A program made the translations under genes and the position numbers. A DNA stretch of 20,000 nt, from NCBI RefSeq assembly GCF_004010195.1, contig NC_057718.1:72261515-72281514 (forward strand), in the 5' to 3' direction. Shown piece after piece: positions 1-11,054 of this stretch; position 1 is the stretch's first letter; every line of letters starts with the position of its first letter. Source of the stretch: Chiloscyllium plagiosum (taxonomy: Eukaryota). A model generated the notes under the pieces. That model searched no databases. It was not told the DNA's origin and saw nothing but the letters and a program-made list of their open reading frames with translations.

Positions 1-120
1 GCATCTGCATGGTCTCGCCAATATACCATGCCTTGGGGAATCCTTGCCTGCAGCACATGAGGTAGACAACCCTGGCTGAGTGACATGAGTATCTGCTGTG
101 TATGTGGTGGGTGGTGTTTC
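1..120 (-). mobile_element. Penelope-like element GIY-YIG endonuclease fragment (continues beyond window start)
   Basis: Reverse complement translates NTTHHIHSRYSCHSARVVYLMCCRQGFPKAWYIGETMQM, a VVY...YIGET GIY-YIG signature typical of PLEs. Confidence 0.85.
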
Positions 121-600
121 AACATATAATGCGCCAGCACCTAACCTATCTACAGTCAGCCCTGCCTCAGCTGAGGGTCACACTCTCTCAGAATTGCAAA
201 GGACCCACTCTGTACTACATCCTCAGGAGAATTCATACTCTCAACAAACAGTATTTCAAGTCCGTCTCAAACATCAAAAACTGGAAGTACAACAAACTTT
301 TATCTACCCACCTCCATAACCAGCGCTCCTCAAACATTCCAGTAGATTCCCCCGGCCTCTGGAACAGCTCGGACGCCATTAGCCATGCGGCTGGTGCAGC
401 TGCCACCCCCACGCTGACTGATGATGCCACTTCTGCCCCAATCATGGCCGCTCCCACAGCCACTTCCGCCCCTCAAAATTCCTCATGCACCACACGTGAC
501 ATCACTTCTGCCCCTCACATCATCGCTGATGTCACACGCTCAGTGACTTCCGCCCCCCACTGCCATGTTTGTCACCACTTCCGCCACCAACGCCACTCAC
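121..600 (+). mobile_element. Probable Penelope-like element N-terminal ORF region with TSAP-type repeats
   Basis: First half of ORF 102..938 (RQHLTYLQSALPQLRVTLSQNCKGPTLYYILRRIHTLNKQYF...) resembles, from recall, the pre-RT region of fish/shark PLE ORFs. It abuts the inverted GIY-YIG fragment and is cut by a CR1 3' end near 601. Confidence 0.5.
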
Positions 601-2319
601 GTACAGCACACCACAGGCCCTTTCGCCCTCTATGTTTTGAGGGCCTTCTATCCAACTCTAAGGTCAGACTAACCTATATAGCCTTCATTGTACTAACTTC
701 CATGTGCCTATCCAAGACCTTAAATGTACCTAATGCACCTGACTATACTACCACCGCTGGCAGTGCATTCCATGCAATCCATCGCTCTCTGGGTAAAGAA
801 CCTATTTCTGACATCTCCCCTAAACCTTCCTCCAATTATCTTAAAATTATGCCTCCAAATGATAGACATTTTCGCCATGGGAAAAAGTCTTTGGCTATTC
901 ATTCTGTGCAAGCCTCTCAATATCTTGTACACCTCTAACAAGTCACCTCTCTTCCTTCTTCACTCCAATGAGAAAAATCCTTGCTCCCTCAAACGTTCTT
1001 CATAAGCCATCTAGTCCAGGCAGCATCCTGGTAAATCTCCTCTGCACCCTCTCTCAAGCTTCCACATCTTTCCTATAATGAGGTGACCAGAACTGAACAC
1101 AATATTCCAAGTGTGTGGTCTAACCAGGACTCTGAACAGCTGCAGCATAACCTCACGGCTCTCAAACTCAATCCCCCTACTAATGAAAGCCAACACGCCA
1201 CGTACCTTCTTAATATATACCTGATGACCCTGGGTGGCAATTTTGAGGGATCTATGGACGTGGACCCCAAAATCCCTCTGTTCTTCCACACTGCCAAGAA
1301 ATCTGCTTTAAAACCTGTATTCTGCATTCAAATTTGACTTTCCAAAGTGAATGACTTCACATTTTTCCTAGTTGAACTCCATCTGCCACTTAGCAGCCCA
1401 GTTCTGCATGTCAATGTCTTGTTGCAACCTACAACAGCCCTCCACTCTATCCATAACTTCACCAACCTTTGTGTCACTGACAAACTTACTAACCCACTCT
1501 TCCACTTCCTCAGCCAAGTCATTCGTAAAAATCACAAACAGCAGATGTCCCAGAACCGATCCCTACGAAACACCACTCATCACCGAACTCCAGGCTGAAT
1601 ACTTTCCGTATGTCTTCTAAAGGGCCAGCCAATTCTGTATCCAGACAAACATTTTTCCCTGCATCCCATACCTACTTACTGTCTGAATGAGCCTATAATG
1701 GGAAACCTAATCAAACACCTTGCTAAAATCCATGTACATCACATCCATTGCTCTACTATCATCAACCTGTTTTGTCACATCCTCAAAGAATTCAGTAAGA
1801 TTTGAGAGGCATAACCTGCCCCTCTTAAAGCTATGCTGACTATCTCTAATAAAACTATGGTTTTCCAAGTAATCATAAATCCTGTCTCTCAATATCCTCT
1901 CCAATACTTTGCACACCACAGCCCTAAGACTGACTGGTCTGTAATTTCCAGGATTATTCCTATTCCCTTTCTTGAACAAGGGAATAACATTTGCCACCTT
2001 CAAAGCATCCGGCACTTTCCAATGGTCAGTGAGGACACAAAGATCATTGGCAAAGGTGCAGCAATCTCTTTCCTCGTTTCCTGTAATAACCTAGGGCACA
2101 TCCCGTCTGGCCAAGCGGATTTATTTATCCTTATGTTTTTCATCATTTTCGGCACATCCTCCTTCCTAACATCAAACTATGAGCATATCAGTCTATTTCA
2201 CACTGTCCCTCTCAGTAGTAAATACAGAAGCAAAATATTCATTGAGGACTTCTCCTACATTGTCCAACTACAGGCGTTAAGTTCCCTCCACTATCCCTGA
2301 TCGGCCATACTCTCACTTC

Positions 2320-2452
2320 CTCATTCCTGAAGAAGGGCTTATGCCCTAAACGTCGATTCTCCTGTTCCCTGGATGCTGCCTGACCTACTGCGCTTTTCCA
2401 GCAACACATTTTCAGCTCTGATCTCCAGCATCTGCAGACCTCACTTTCTCCT
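2320..2452 (+). mobile_element. Short PLE-terminus insert carrying a hammerhead motif, 14-bp TSD
   Basis: Perfect TSD catactctcacttc at 2306-2319 and 2453-2466. The body ...gatgctgcctgacct...ccagcatctgcagacctcactttctcc matches the 3' end of the longer PLE at 16749-16880. Confidence 0.9.
2322..2359 (+). ncRNA. Minimal type I hammerhead ribozyme motif with a G12-to-U core mutation
   Basis: CTGAAGA (2327-2333), A, stem II GGGC-TTAT-GCCC (2335-2346), then TAAA instead of GAAA, palindromic ACGT, predicted cleavage after GTC (2354). Confidence 0.75.
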
Positions 2453-3619
2453 CATACTCTCACTTCGGCCATCCACTTGATCCTCACTTAAGTGTAGAAC
2501 GACTTTGGGTTTTCCTTAATCCTAGCTGCTAAAACTTTTCCATGCCCCATTCTACCTCCAAGTTCATTGTTCAGTTCCTTCCTGGGTGCCTTGTAACCAC
2601 CTAAAGCCCTATTTGATCCTTGCCTCTTGAACCTTAAGTAAGCTTCCTTCTTCCTTTTGACTAGATGTCCCACATCCTTTGTCACCCAAGGTTCTGTCAA
2701 CCTATCTCTTCCTTACCTCAGTGGGACAAATCTTCCCAGCACTATCAGCAGGTGCTTTCTAACCAACCTCCACATTTCTGCTGTGCATTTCCCCGAGAAC
2801 AACTGTTCCCAATCAAGGCACACAGTTCCTACCTAATAGCACTGTAATGTCCCTTCCCCCAATTAAGTACTTTCCCATACCATCCGCTCCTATTGCTCTC
2901 CATGAATACAGTAAAGGTCAAGGAGTTGTGATCACTATTACTGAAATGCTCTCCCACCGAAAGATCTGACACCTGGCATGGTTCGTTGCCAAGCACCAAA
3001 TACAATATGGCCTCCCCTCTAATCGGCCTATCTATCTATTGAATCAGGAACCTTTCCTAGACACAACTGACAAAAATTGCTCCATCCAAACTATTTGAAC
3101 TAAGTACTAAAAAAAAGTAGGTTCCAATCAATGTTAGGAAAATTAAAGTCACCATGACAACAACCCTAACTATTACTTCTACACATTTCCAAAATCAGCC
3201 TGCCAATCTGCTCCTCAATGTCTCTGTTGCTACTGGGGGCAGGCAGAAATCTCCCACAAAAGTGATTGCTCCTTTCCTGTTTCTTCCACCCATACTGACA
3301 CTGTAGACAAATCCTCTTTGACGTTCTCCCTTTCTGCAGCTGTGATACTATCCCTCCACCTCCTTTACCTCCTGCCGCCAATTCCTTTTGAAACATCTAA
3401 CCCTGGAACATGCAACAACCATTCCTGCTCCTGTGATATCTAAGTCTCCGTAACGGCCGCAACATCATTGTTCCAACTATGCTCGAAGTTCATCAGCCTT
3501 ACTCTTGATACTAGTTGCATGAAAATAGACACACTTCAATCTCACATTAACTACAACTTTGCCCTATCAAGTGCTTATTGCTCCTCACAGACTCTCTGCA
3601 CACTGTATCTGGCTGTTCA

Positions 3620-3921
3620 CTGGTGGTTAGCACTGCTGTCTCAGTGCCAGAGACCCGGATTCAATTCCCGCCTCAGGCAACTGTCTGTGTGGAGTTTGCA
3701 CATTCTCCCTTGTGTCTGCGTGGATTTCCTCCGGGTGCTCTGGTTTCCTCCCACAGTCCAGAAATGTGCAAGTTAAGTGAATTGGCCATGCTAAATTGCC
3801 CGTAGTGTTAGGTGAAGTGGTAAATGTAGGGGAATGGGTCTGGGTGGGTTGCTCTTCAGAGGGTTGGTGTGGACTTTTTGGGCCGAAGGGCCTGTTTCCA
3901 CACTGTAAGTAATGTAACCTA
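3620..3921 (+). mobile_element. HE1-like tRNA-derived SINE, slightly 5'-truncated, inserted in CR1
   Basis: tRNA-like head tggttagcactgctgtctcag...ggattcaattccc (Pol III A/B-box-like), core gtgtggagtttgcacattctccc...ggtttcctcccacagtcc, CR1-type tail gggccgaagggcctgtttccacactgtaagtaat. Highly similar to four other copies in the window. Confidence 0.92.
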
Positions 3922-4789
3922 CTCCATCACCTGATCCATAGCTCAGGTTCCCACCCCCCCCTTGCCAATCTAGTTTAAATCCTCCTGAACAGCTCGAGCA
4001 AACCTCCCGCCCAGGATATTGGTGCTGCTCCAGTTCACGTACAACCGTCCTTCTTGTTCAGGTCCTACCTTCCCCAGAAGGCATCCCAATGATCCATATA
4101 TCTGAACCCCTCTCTCCTGCAGCCATGTGTTCAGCTACACTCGCGCTCTCTACTCCTCGCCTCATTAGCCCGTGGCGCCAGTAGCAATCTTGAGATTACT
4201 ACTCTGTTCATCCTGCTTTCCAGCTTCCAACCTAATTCCCGCTATTCTCTTTTCAGGTCTTCCTCCCTTTCCCTGCCTGTACCACAACTTCTGGCTGCTC
4301 TCCCTCATCCTGAAGAATCCTGTAGATGCAATCAATCAGAGACATCCCTGACCATGGCAGCCAGGAGGCAAATCACCATCTGGAGTCTCGCTTGCAACCA
4401 CAGAACCTCCTGTCTGTTCCTCCCACAATTAAATCTCCAATCACTATTGATCTCCTGTTCTCCCTGCTTCCCTTCTGAGCCACAGAGCCAGGTTCAGTGC
4501 CAAAACATGGCCGCTGTGGCTTTCCCCTGATCGATACTAACCCCACCCCCACCAACAATATTGACTTTAAAGCCATCTCTACAGTCCTAGTTATACAACT
4601 TACAAGGACAATGCTCCAGTCACTGATCTCAGAACATTTGGGCGAAGACTGCCACAAGGGTACAGTTCCCTTTCCTTAGTATTGGTCTCAAAGATTAAGT
4701 CTGTTTCCGAGTACATTACATTCAATGGAAATACAATACACTGAATACAAATACGTGGAGGCACTGAAGAAGTGAGACTTTTCCTGGTA

Positions 4790-5815
4790 TCTCAGCAATG
4801 GAAACAGACTCTTCGGTCCAACTAGTCCATGCTGACCATGTTCCCAAACTAAATTAGTCCCACCTGCCTGAGCTTGGCCCACATCCATCCACATCTTTCC
4901 TGTGCATGAACTTATCCAAATGTCTTTTAAACACTGTAAACGTACCTGCATCCACCACTTTCTCTGGTTGCTCATTTTACACACAAAAAGAAGTTGCCCC
5001 TTATGTCCTTTTTAAATCTTTCTCCTCTCACCTTTTTAACAAATGCCCCCCAGTTTTGAACTCTTCCACCACAGGGAAAAAAAACATGTCGTTCACCTTA
5101 TCTATTCCCATCACGATTTTATAATCTCGAAGTCACCCCTCAACCTTTTAGAATTCCAGTGAAAAAAGTCTCAGTCTTTTAAGTCTATTTGTACATTTCA
5201 AACCCTCCGTTCCTGGCATCATTTTGGTAAAATTTTCCTGAACCCTCTCCCGTTTAATAATATCTTAGAACAGAGTTGAGGAGAAACTTCTTCATCCAGA
5301 GAGTGGTGAGTGTGTGGAATGCTCTGCCCCAGAAGGCTGTGGAGGCCAAGTCTCTGGATACTTTCAAGAAAGAGTTGGATAGAGCTCTTAAGGTTAGTGG
5401 AATCAAGGGTTATGGGGATAAGGCACGAACAGGATACTGATTGAGGATGATCACCCATGATCACAATGAATGGTGGTGCTGGCTCGAAGGGCAGAATGGC
5501 CTACTCCTGCATCTATTGTCTATCTTTCCTATAACAGGGTGACCAGAAATGCACACAGTACTCTGGAATAGGCCTCACCAATGTTCTGCACAACCTTAAC
5601 ATGATGTCTCAACTCCTATACTCAAAGGTCTGAGTAATGAAGGCAAGCATGCTAAATGATGCAAATTTCAAAAAATTATGTACATTAGCCCCTTAGGTCT
5701 CTCTGTTTCACAACATTACCCAGAGCCCTAGCATTAATTGCATAAGTCCTGTCCTTGTTTGTATTACCAAAATGCAATACCTCATGTTTATCCAAATTAA
5801 ACTCCATCTGCCATA
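4790..5815 (-). mobile_element. 5'-truncated CR1 LINE (C-terminal ORF2 and 3' UTR)
   Basis: 3' hairpin region near 4800-4830 (ggaaacagactcttcggtcc). The body is homologous to the other CR1 copies up to aactccatctgcca (~5813). Confidence 0.85.
5267..5520 (+). mobile_element. CR1 3'-end fragment of a different subfamily, nested antisense in the CR1 at 4790-5815
   Basis: Encodes RTELRRNFFIQRVVSVWNALPQKAVEAKSL and ends in gaagggcagaatggcctactcctgcatctattgtc. 6-bp TSD tatctt at 5261-5266 and 5521-5526. Confidence 0.85.
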
Positions 5816-6294
5816 TCTGAATACTTTCTTTCCATCATCTCATTCAATTGTAGAAGTTAAGGCAAATGACTCACATTCCAATGACTAAAGGCACAAGCTC
5901 ATGACTGCCTGAAATATAAATGCAATTCTTTCCTTTCCCTCATTTGTGTCCCATTAATGGTCTACAAGGAAATGCTACAAATCTGTGTTTATATAGATAG
6001 TTTACTAAGTGCTAGAAAATATAAAATAATAGGATGGATTTCCTCAACTCGTTAGTGCCTCATTTCTAATGAGCATCACCCAACAGATGACATAATGCAG
6101 TGTTGGGAAACTGCCAGATTTCATAAAAAGTGCAGGATATAATCACATTCTACTGATATTGAACTTATGACAACACACTGCCTCACCATCTTCAACAACT
6201 TAAAGCTTTTTTTTTGAAGGGAGATCTAAACACAGAATGCACATTTTGCATTTCAAAAGAAATAATTTAATTCCATCAAATCAACTGACATTCA

Positions 6295-7758
6295 ACATGC
6301 AGTCACAGATCTACTGCACAGAAAATTGCCATTCAGGCATTGTGTTTGTGCTGGTCAAAAACAATCAAACTATTTCTATCCCACGTCCTAGCACGTGGTC
6401 TTGTGTGCCTTGGTAATGCAATTAATGTTACGTGGATTCGAGAAGTGCACAAATATTCAAGTTGTGGCCAAACCAAAATATTTTATACAGTTCCAGTATA
6501 ATTGCCCTGCTTTTAAACTCTATGCCTTGGCTACTAAAGGCAAGAATATCAGTACTCCTTTTTAACCACTTTATCCACTTGTGCTGATCCTTAAAGGAGC
6601 AGTGTGCATGCACACCAAAGTACCTATGATCCTCGGTGCTTCCCAGGACCAATCACATATTCCCTTGCTTAATTTGTCCTGCTTGAGTGCATCATCTCAT
6701 TTATCCAGACTGAATTCAATTCACCACTGATCAGCCCATCTGACCAGCTCATCTACATGCTCTTGTAGTCCAAGGCTACCTACCATTTTTGAATCATCTG
6801 CAAACTTATTGATCAACACTCCTACATTCAAATCTAAACCACTTATAATCATTTATAAAAGACACAAACAGCAAGCGCTTAACTCACTGATACCTGACTG
6901 GACAACACTTCCAGTTGGAAAAACATCCATGAACCATCACCCTCTGCTTCTCGCCATTCAGTCAATTGTGGATCTAATTTGCCAAAGGTCCTTGCATGCC
7001 ACGGGCTCTCAGTTAGTTATCAGTCTTCCATGCGAGACCTTATCAAAAACCTTGCTGAAGTAGAAACAGACTTCACCAAAAGCATTGCCCTCATCTACAC
7101 ACGTGGTCACCTCTTCGGAAAATTCAATTAAGTTGGTCAGACATGATCTCTCCCAAACAAAATTACTCTGATCTTGATGATTCTCTGCCTTTTCAAAGGT
7201 AGATTAATTCTTTCCCTCAGAATTTCTTCCAGTAATTTCCCCACCACTGAGGTTAGACTGACTGTCCTGTAGTGTCCTGTTTTATCCCTTGCTCCCTTCC
7301 TGAATGACATTACCACATTGGCTGTCCTCCAGCACCTCTCCTGTGGCCAGAGAGGAACTGAACATTTTTTAAAGCACCCTGCTATTTTCTCTCTTGTATC
7401 ACTCAACCTGGGATATATGTCATACAGCTCTTGAAATGGATCGACTTTTATATTTGCCAAACCACACAGAACATCCTCTCCATCTGTGCTAATTCCTTTA
7501 ATTGTATCACATTTTCCCTGATTTCTATACCCATATCTTCCCTTTCAATACCCATATCTTCCCTCTCAATACATCAAAGTATTAATTTAGAATCCTAACT
7601 CCAAACTCTGACTCTACACACAAATTATCACTGTATTCCTTAACAAATCTTACCTTTTCTCTTGTTATCCTTTTATCCTTAATGTATCTGTAAAACAACT
7701 TCATATTTTCCTTTATTTTACATGCCAGTATCTTTTCATTTCTCCTTTTAGCACTTCT
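6295..7758 (-). mobile_element. Old, internally deleted CR1 LINE (RT region and 3' end)
   Basis: Minus ORFs give VLGSTEDHRYFGVHAH (6428-6652), RTANVVMSFRKGARDKTGHYRTVSLTSVVGKLLEEILRERI (7137-7460) and KIKENMKLFYRYIKDKR (7582-7860). Confidence 0.85.
7527..7568. repeat. 21-bp tandem duplication inside CR1
   Basis: atacccatatcttccctttca (7527-7547) followed by atacccatatcttccctctca (7548-7568), one mismatch. Confidence 0.9.
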
Positions 7759-7779
7759 TATAGAGTCATAGAGGTGTGC

Positions 7780-7902
7780 GGGGAGAAAGTGAGGTCTGCA
7801 GACGCTGGAGATCAAAGCTGAAACTTTATTGCTGGAACAGCACAGCAGGTCAGGCAGCATCTAGGGAACAGAAGATTCGACGTTTCGGGCACATGCCCTT
7901 CT
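7780..7902 (-). mobile_element. Short PLE-terminus insert carrying a hammerhead motif, 14-bp TSD
   Basis: TSD tcatagaggtgtgc at 7766-7779 and 7903-7916. Minus strand reads (tg)aagaagggcatgtgcccgaaacgtcgaatc...gcagacctcactttctcc. Confidence 0.9.
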
Positions 7903-7905
7903 TCA
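7874..7905 (-). ncRNA. Minimal hammerhead ribozyme motif, 5'-truncated within the CUGA turn
   Basis: Minus strand: aTGAAGA A GGGC-ATGT-GCCC GAAA CGTC gaatc. Stem II, GAAA and GUC are intact, but C3 and the stem I 5' strand are replaced by target DNA. Confidence 0.75.
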
Positions 7906-8782
7906 TAGAGGTGTGCAACATGGACACAGGCCCTTTGGCCCAACTTGCCCATGCCACCCAGCTTTCACAATTGAACTAGTCCCATTTGCCTGCAATCAGT
8001 CCATATCTCTCCAACCTATCCCATCCATGTAACTATCATGTTTTTTAAATTATAAAATTGTACTAACTTCCATTACTACTTCTGGTGGCCTGTTCCAAAC
8101 ACTGATCACTACTTGTATGAAAAACAATGCCCCCCTACGCCCATTTATATCTCTCCCTTCTCACTTTCAATCTACACCCTCTAGATTTAGACTCTCCTAT
8201 CATGGGAAAAAAAGCTGTTAGCTATCTGCCTTATTTCTGTCTCTCACGATTCTCTTCAAGGCCATTCCTCAGTTTCTTATGCTGCAGGGAAAGACGTCCC
8301 AGCCTATCCAACCTCTCCTTATAAGTTAAACCTTCCAGTCCAGGTAGCATCCTAGTAAATTTTTTCTGCACTCTTCCTAGTTTAATAATATCCTTTCTTT
8401 CTCGGGTGACCTGAACTACATGCAGTACTCCAAATGTCACCTCACCAATGTCTTGTGCAACAAGATGTACCAGCTTCTACACTCACTGCTCTAACTAATG
8501 AAAGCAAGCATGCTGAAAGCCTTCTTCACCATAGTGTCCAGCTGTGACCTTACTTTCAAGGAGCTATGAACCTGTACCACTGAATCTCTTTGTTCTATAA
8601 CACATCCTAGAGCCCTATACAAGTCCTGTCCTGCTTTGATTTACCAAAATGCAATACCTTGCATTTACCTAAGTTAACCTCCACCTGCCATTCCTCAACC
8701 CAATGGCACACTTGATCAAGATCTTATTGCATTTCCACATAACCTTCTTACACTGTCCACTTTTTTGCCAATCTTGGTGTCA

Positions 8783-8901
8783 GAGACAAAAATAAAACTG
8801 CAGGTGCTGGAATCCAAAGTAGATAAGCAAGAGGCGGAAGAGCACAGCAAGCTGGGCAGCATCAGGAAGGGGAGAAGTTAACTTTTTGGGTGTTACCCTC
8901 C
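8783..8901 (-). mobile_element. Short, older PLE-terminus insert of a different subfamily, with degenerate hammerhead, 8-bp TSD
   Basis: TSD tggtgtca at 8775-8782 and 8902-8909. Minus strand begins gagggtaacacccaaaaagttaacttctcc (decayed stem II and GAAACGTC), then gatgctgcccagcttgctgtgctcttcc...ccagcacctgcag. Confidence 0.75.
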
Positions 8902-9567
8902 TGGTGTCATCCACAAACTTACTAACCATATCTCCTAAATTCTCATCCAAATCATATGTAAATAACAAATAACAGCGCACCCAGCACTGATGTCTGTGGC
9001 ACACTGCTGGTCAGAGGGCTCCAGTCTGAAATACAACCCTCTACCACTATCCTCTGCCTTCTACCTTTTAAGCCAATTTTGTATCCAATTGACTAGCTCG
9101 CCTTGATTTTGTGAAACTTAACTTTATTCATCAATCTACCACGTGGTACCTTGTCAAGGGCTTGCTGAAATACATATCGACAATGTCTACATCATGTACT
9201 TTCTTGGTCACCCGTTCAAAAACCTCAATCCAATTCGCGAGACAAATTTCCCATGCTGACTATCGTAAGAGTCTTTGCCTCTCAAAATGCCTATAGATCC
9301 TATCTCAAAATCCCCCTAACAACGTACCTACTGCTGATGTTATGCTCAACGATGGGTTTTGTCAAGCATTTCCTTGTAGCCTTTCTTAAATACTATCACA
9401 ACATTAGTCACCCTCCAAACCTTCGGGCACTTCATCCCTGGTTGTTGATGATAAAAATGTCTCTGCTAGGCTGCCTGCAATTTCCTCCCTAGCCTCATTC
9501 AAACTCCTGAGATACACTTCTCAGGTCCTGAGGACTATTCTACCTTAATACGTTTTAAGACTTCCAG

Positions 9568-10159
9568 GGAAAAGACTTTGCCTACTTATCCTATCCATGC
9601 CCCTCATAATTTTGTAAACCTCTATAAGGTCACCCCTCAGCCTCTGACACTCCAGGGAAAACAGCCCCAGCCTGTTCAGCCTCTCCCTGTAGCTCAAATC
9701 CTCCAACCCTGGCAACATCTTTGTAAATCTTTTCTGAACCCTTTCAAGTTTCACAACATTTTTCCGATAGGAAGGAGACCAGAATTGCACACAATATTCC
9801 AACAGTTGCCTAACCAATGTCCTGTACAGCCGCAACGTGACCTCCCAACTCCTGTACTCAATACTCTGACCAATAAAGGAAAGCATACCAAACACCTTCT
9901 CCACTATCCTATCTACCTGCGACTCCACTTTCAAGGAGCTACGAACCTGCAGTCCAAGGTCTCTTTGTTCAGCAACACTCCCTAGGACCTTACCATTAAG
10001 TGTATAAGTCCTGCTAAAATTTGCCTTCCCAAAATGCAGCACCTCACATTTATCTGAATTAAACCCCATCTGCCACTTCTCAGCCCATTGGCCCATCTGG
10101 TCAAGATCCTATTGTAATCTGAGGTAACCCTCTTCGCTGTCCAGTACACCTCCAATTTT
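9568..10159 (-). mobile_element. Well-preserved internal CR1 ORF2 C-terminal fragment (both ends missing)
   Basis: Uninterrupted ORF 9545..10096: QWAEKWQMGFNSDKCEVLHFG...QRDLGLQV...LYRTLVRQLLEYCVQFWSP...RLRGDLIEVYKIMRG. Confidence 0.92.
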
Positions 10160-10535
10160 AAAATTAAGTTCTGGATTACCCCCTCTCTTTAGGGCCTTCT
10201 ATATACTGGCTTAAAAAACTGCCCTGGATACATTTTAAGAATTACGATCTCTCTAACCTTTCATATTACAACTAACCCAGTTAATGTTGGATAAGTTGCA
10301 ATCCCACACTATCGCTACCTTATTACTTTCCTCTTCCTTGAAATATCCCTCAACATCTACTATTGTACTTCTCTTGGATTTTTAGGAGGCCGAGTAAATT
10401 CCCACCAATGTGATTGTTCCTGTTTGCTTATTAAATTCTACCCATTTGGCCTCGTTTGAGGACCTTTCTAATATGTCATCCTGCCTTACTACTGTAATAA
10501 ATTCCCTGATCAAAATTACAATACCTCCTCACTTT
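10160..10535 (-). mobile_element. Degenerate CR1 APE-endonuclease fragment
   Basis: Minus strand gives decayed versions of GVYYRPP (GTITLVGIYSA...) and GDFNFPNIDW (IVWDCNLSNINW), homologous to 3000-3300. Confidence 0.7.
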
Positions 10536-11054
10536 GACATGGTGGAATGAAATACAGACTTGAATATCATCAACTGCTTATATTTTGTCTATAGATTTCA
10601 TAGAAGGTAATTTTCATTGTACGTTTTGCATCCCATTCTTCAAGGTGATCATTGCGTACTGCATACGATTTATGAAAAGAAGTTCCACATTGGTTTAAAC
10701 ATTATAAATATTTGGTATCATTACTGAATTCAAGTTTGTGGTCTCTAACCTCGCAGCATTTTCACCATAAAGTAACCATGTGGACCTGCGTACACAATTT
10801 ATGCTAACATGACCATGTATTACTCAAGGCTTGCAGTATAGATGCTGCCACTCAAATGATGTGTAATAACTATTTAGGCAGATGTAAATGATCCTGAAAC
10901 TTATAAAAGAAGAGTGGGGAGAATTCCCAGTTTCCTTTCTTAACCCGTTACTCTTTTATTTATTATCTCTTCTGTAAACTGACTGCCATAATTATCATCA
11001 ATGTTTACAATGGAAAATAATGATAGTGCAGCAAAAGTAACCATTGATGTAAAG

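Larger units (their letters stand above)
601..4560 (-). mobile_element. Near full-length degenerate CR1 LINE (HER1-like): ORF1 SGNH esterase ~3960-4530, ORF2 APE ~2700-3560, RT ~940-2300, 3' UTR/tail ~601-720
   Basis: Minus ORFs give ANVIPLFKKGNRNNPGNYRPVSL...MDVMYMDFSKVFD (1707-2015), QRDFGVHVHRSLK (1011-1289), RNRFFTQR (720-941), EPWVTKDV...IKENPKSFY (2488-2700) and IVIGDLIVGGTDRRFCG (GDSL-like, 4373-4657). The CR1 3' hairpin gggcgaaagggcctgt lies near 612-628. Interrupted by insertions at 2320-2452 and 3620-3921. Confidence 0.9.
7760..9567 (-). mobile_element. CR1 LINE (RT and 3' end with tagagtcatagag tail), interrupted by two PLE mini-inserts
   Basis: Minus ORFs give KDIIKLGRVQKKFTRMLPGLEGLTYKERLDRLG (8231-8440) and DLDENLGDMVSKFVDDT (8780-9004). 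The 3' hairpin caggccctttggccc lies at 7927-7941. Confidence 0.88.

Noticed and set aside
428..587. CRISPR-like repeat-spacer array
   Set aside because: The repeats are only about 12 bp and degenerate, the context is eukaryotic, and there are no cas genes.
102..938. Longest ORF (278 aa) as a novel gene
   Set aside because: It is chimeric: a PLE-like N-terminal region reading through into the antisense strand of a CR1 3' end at about 601.
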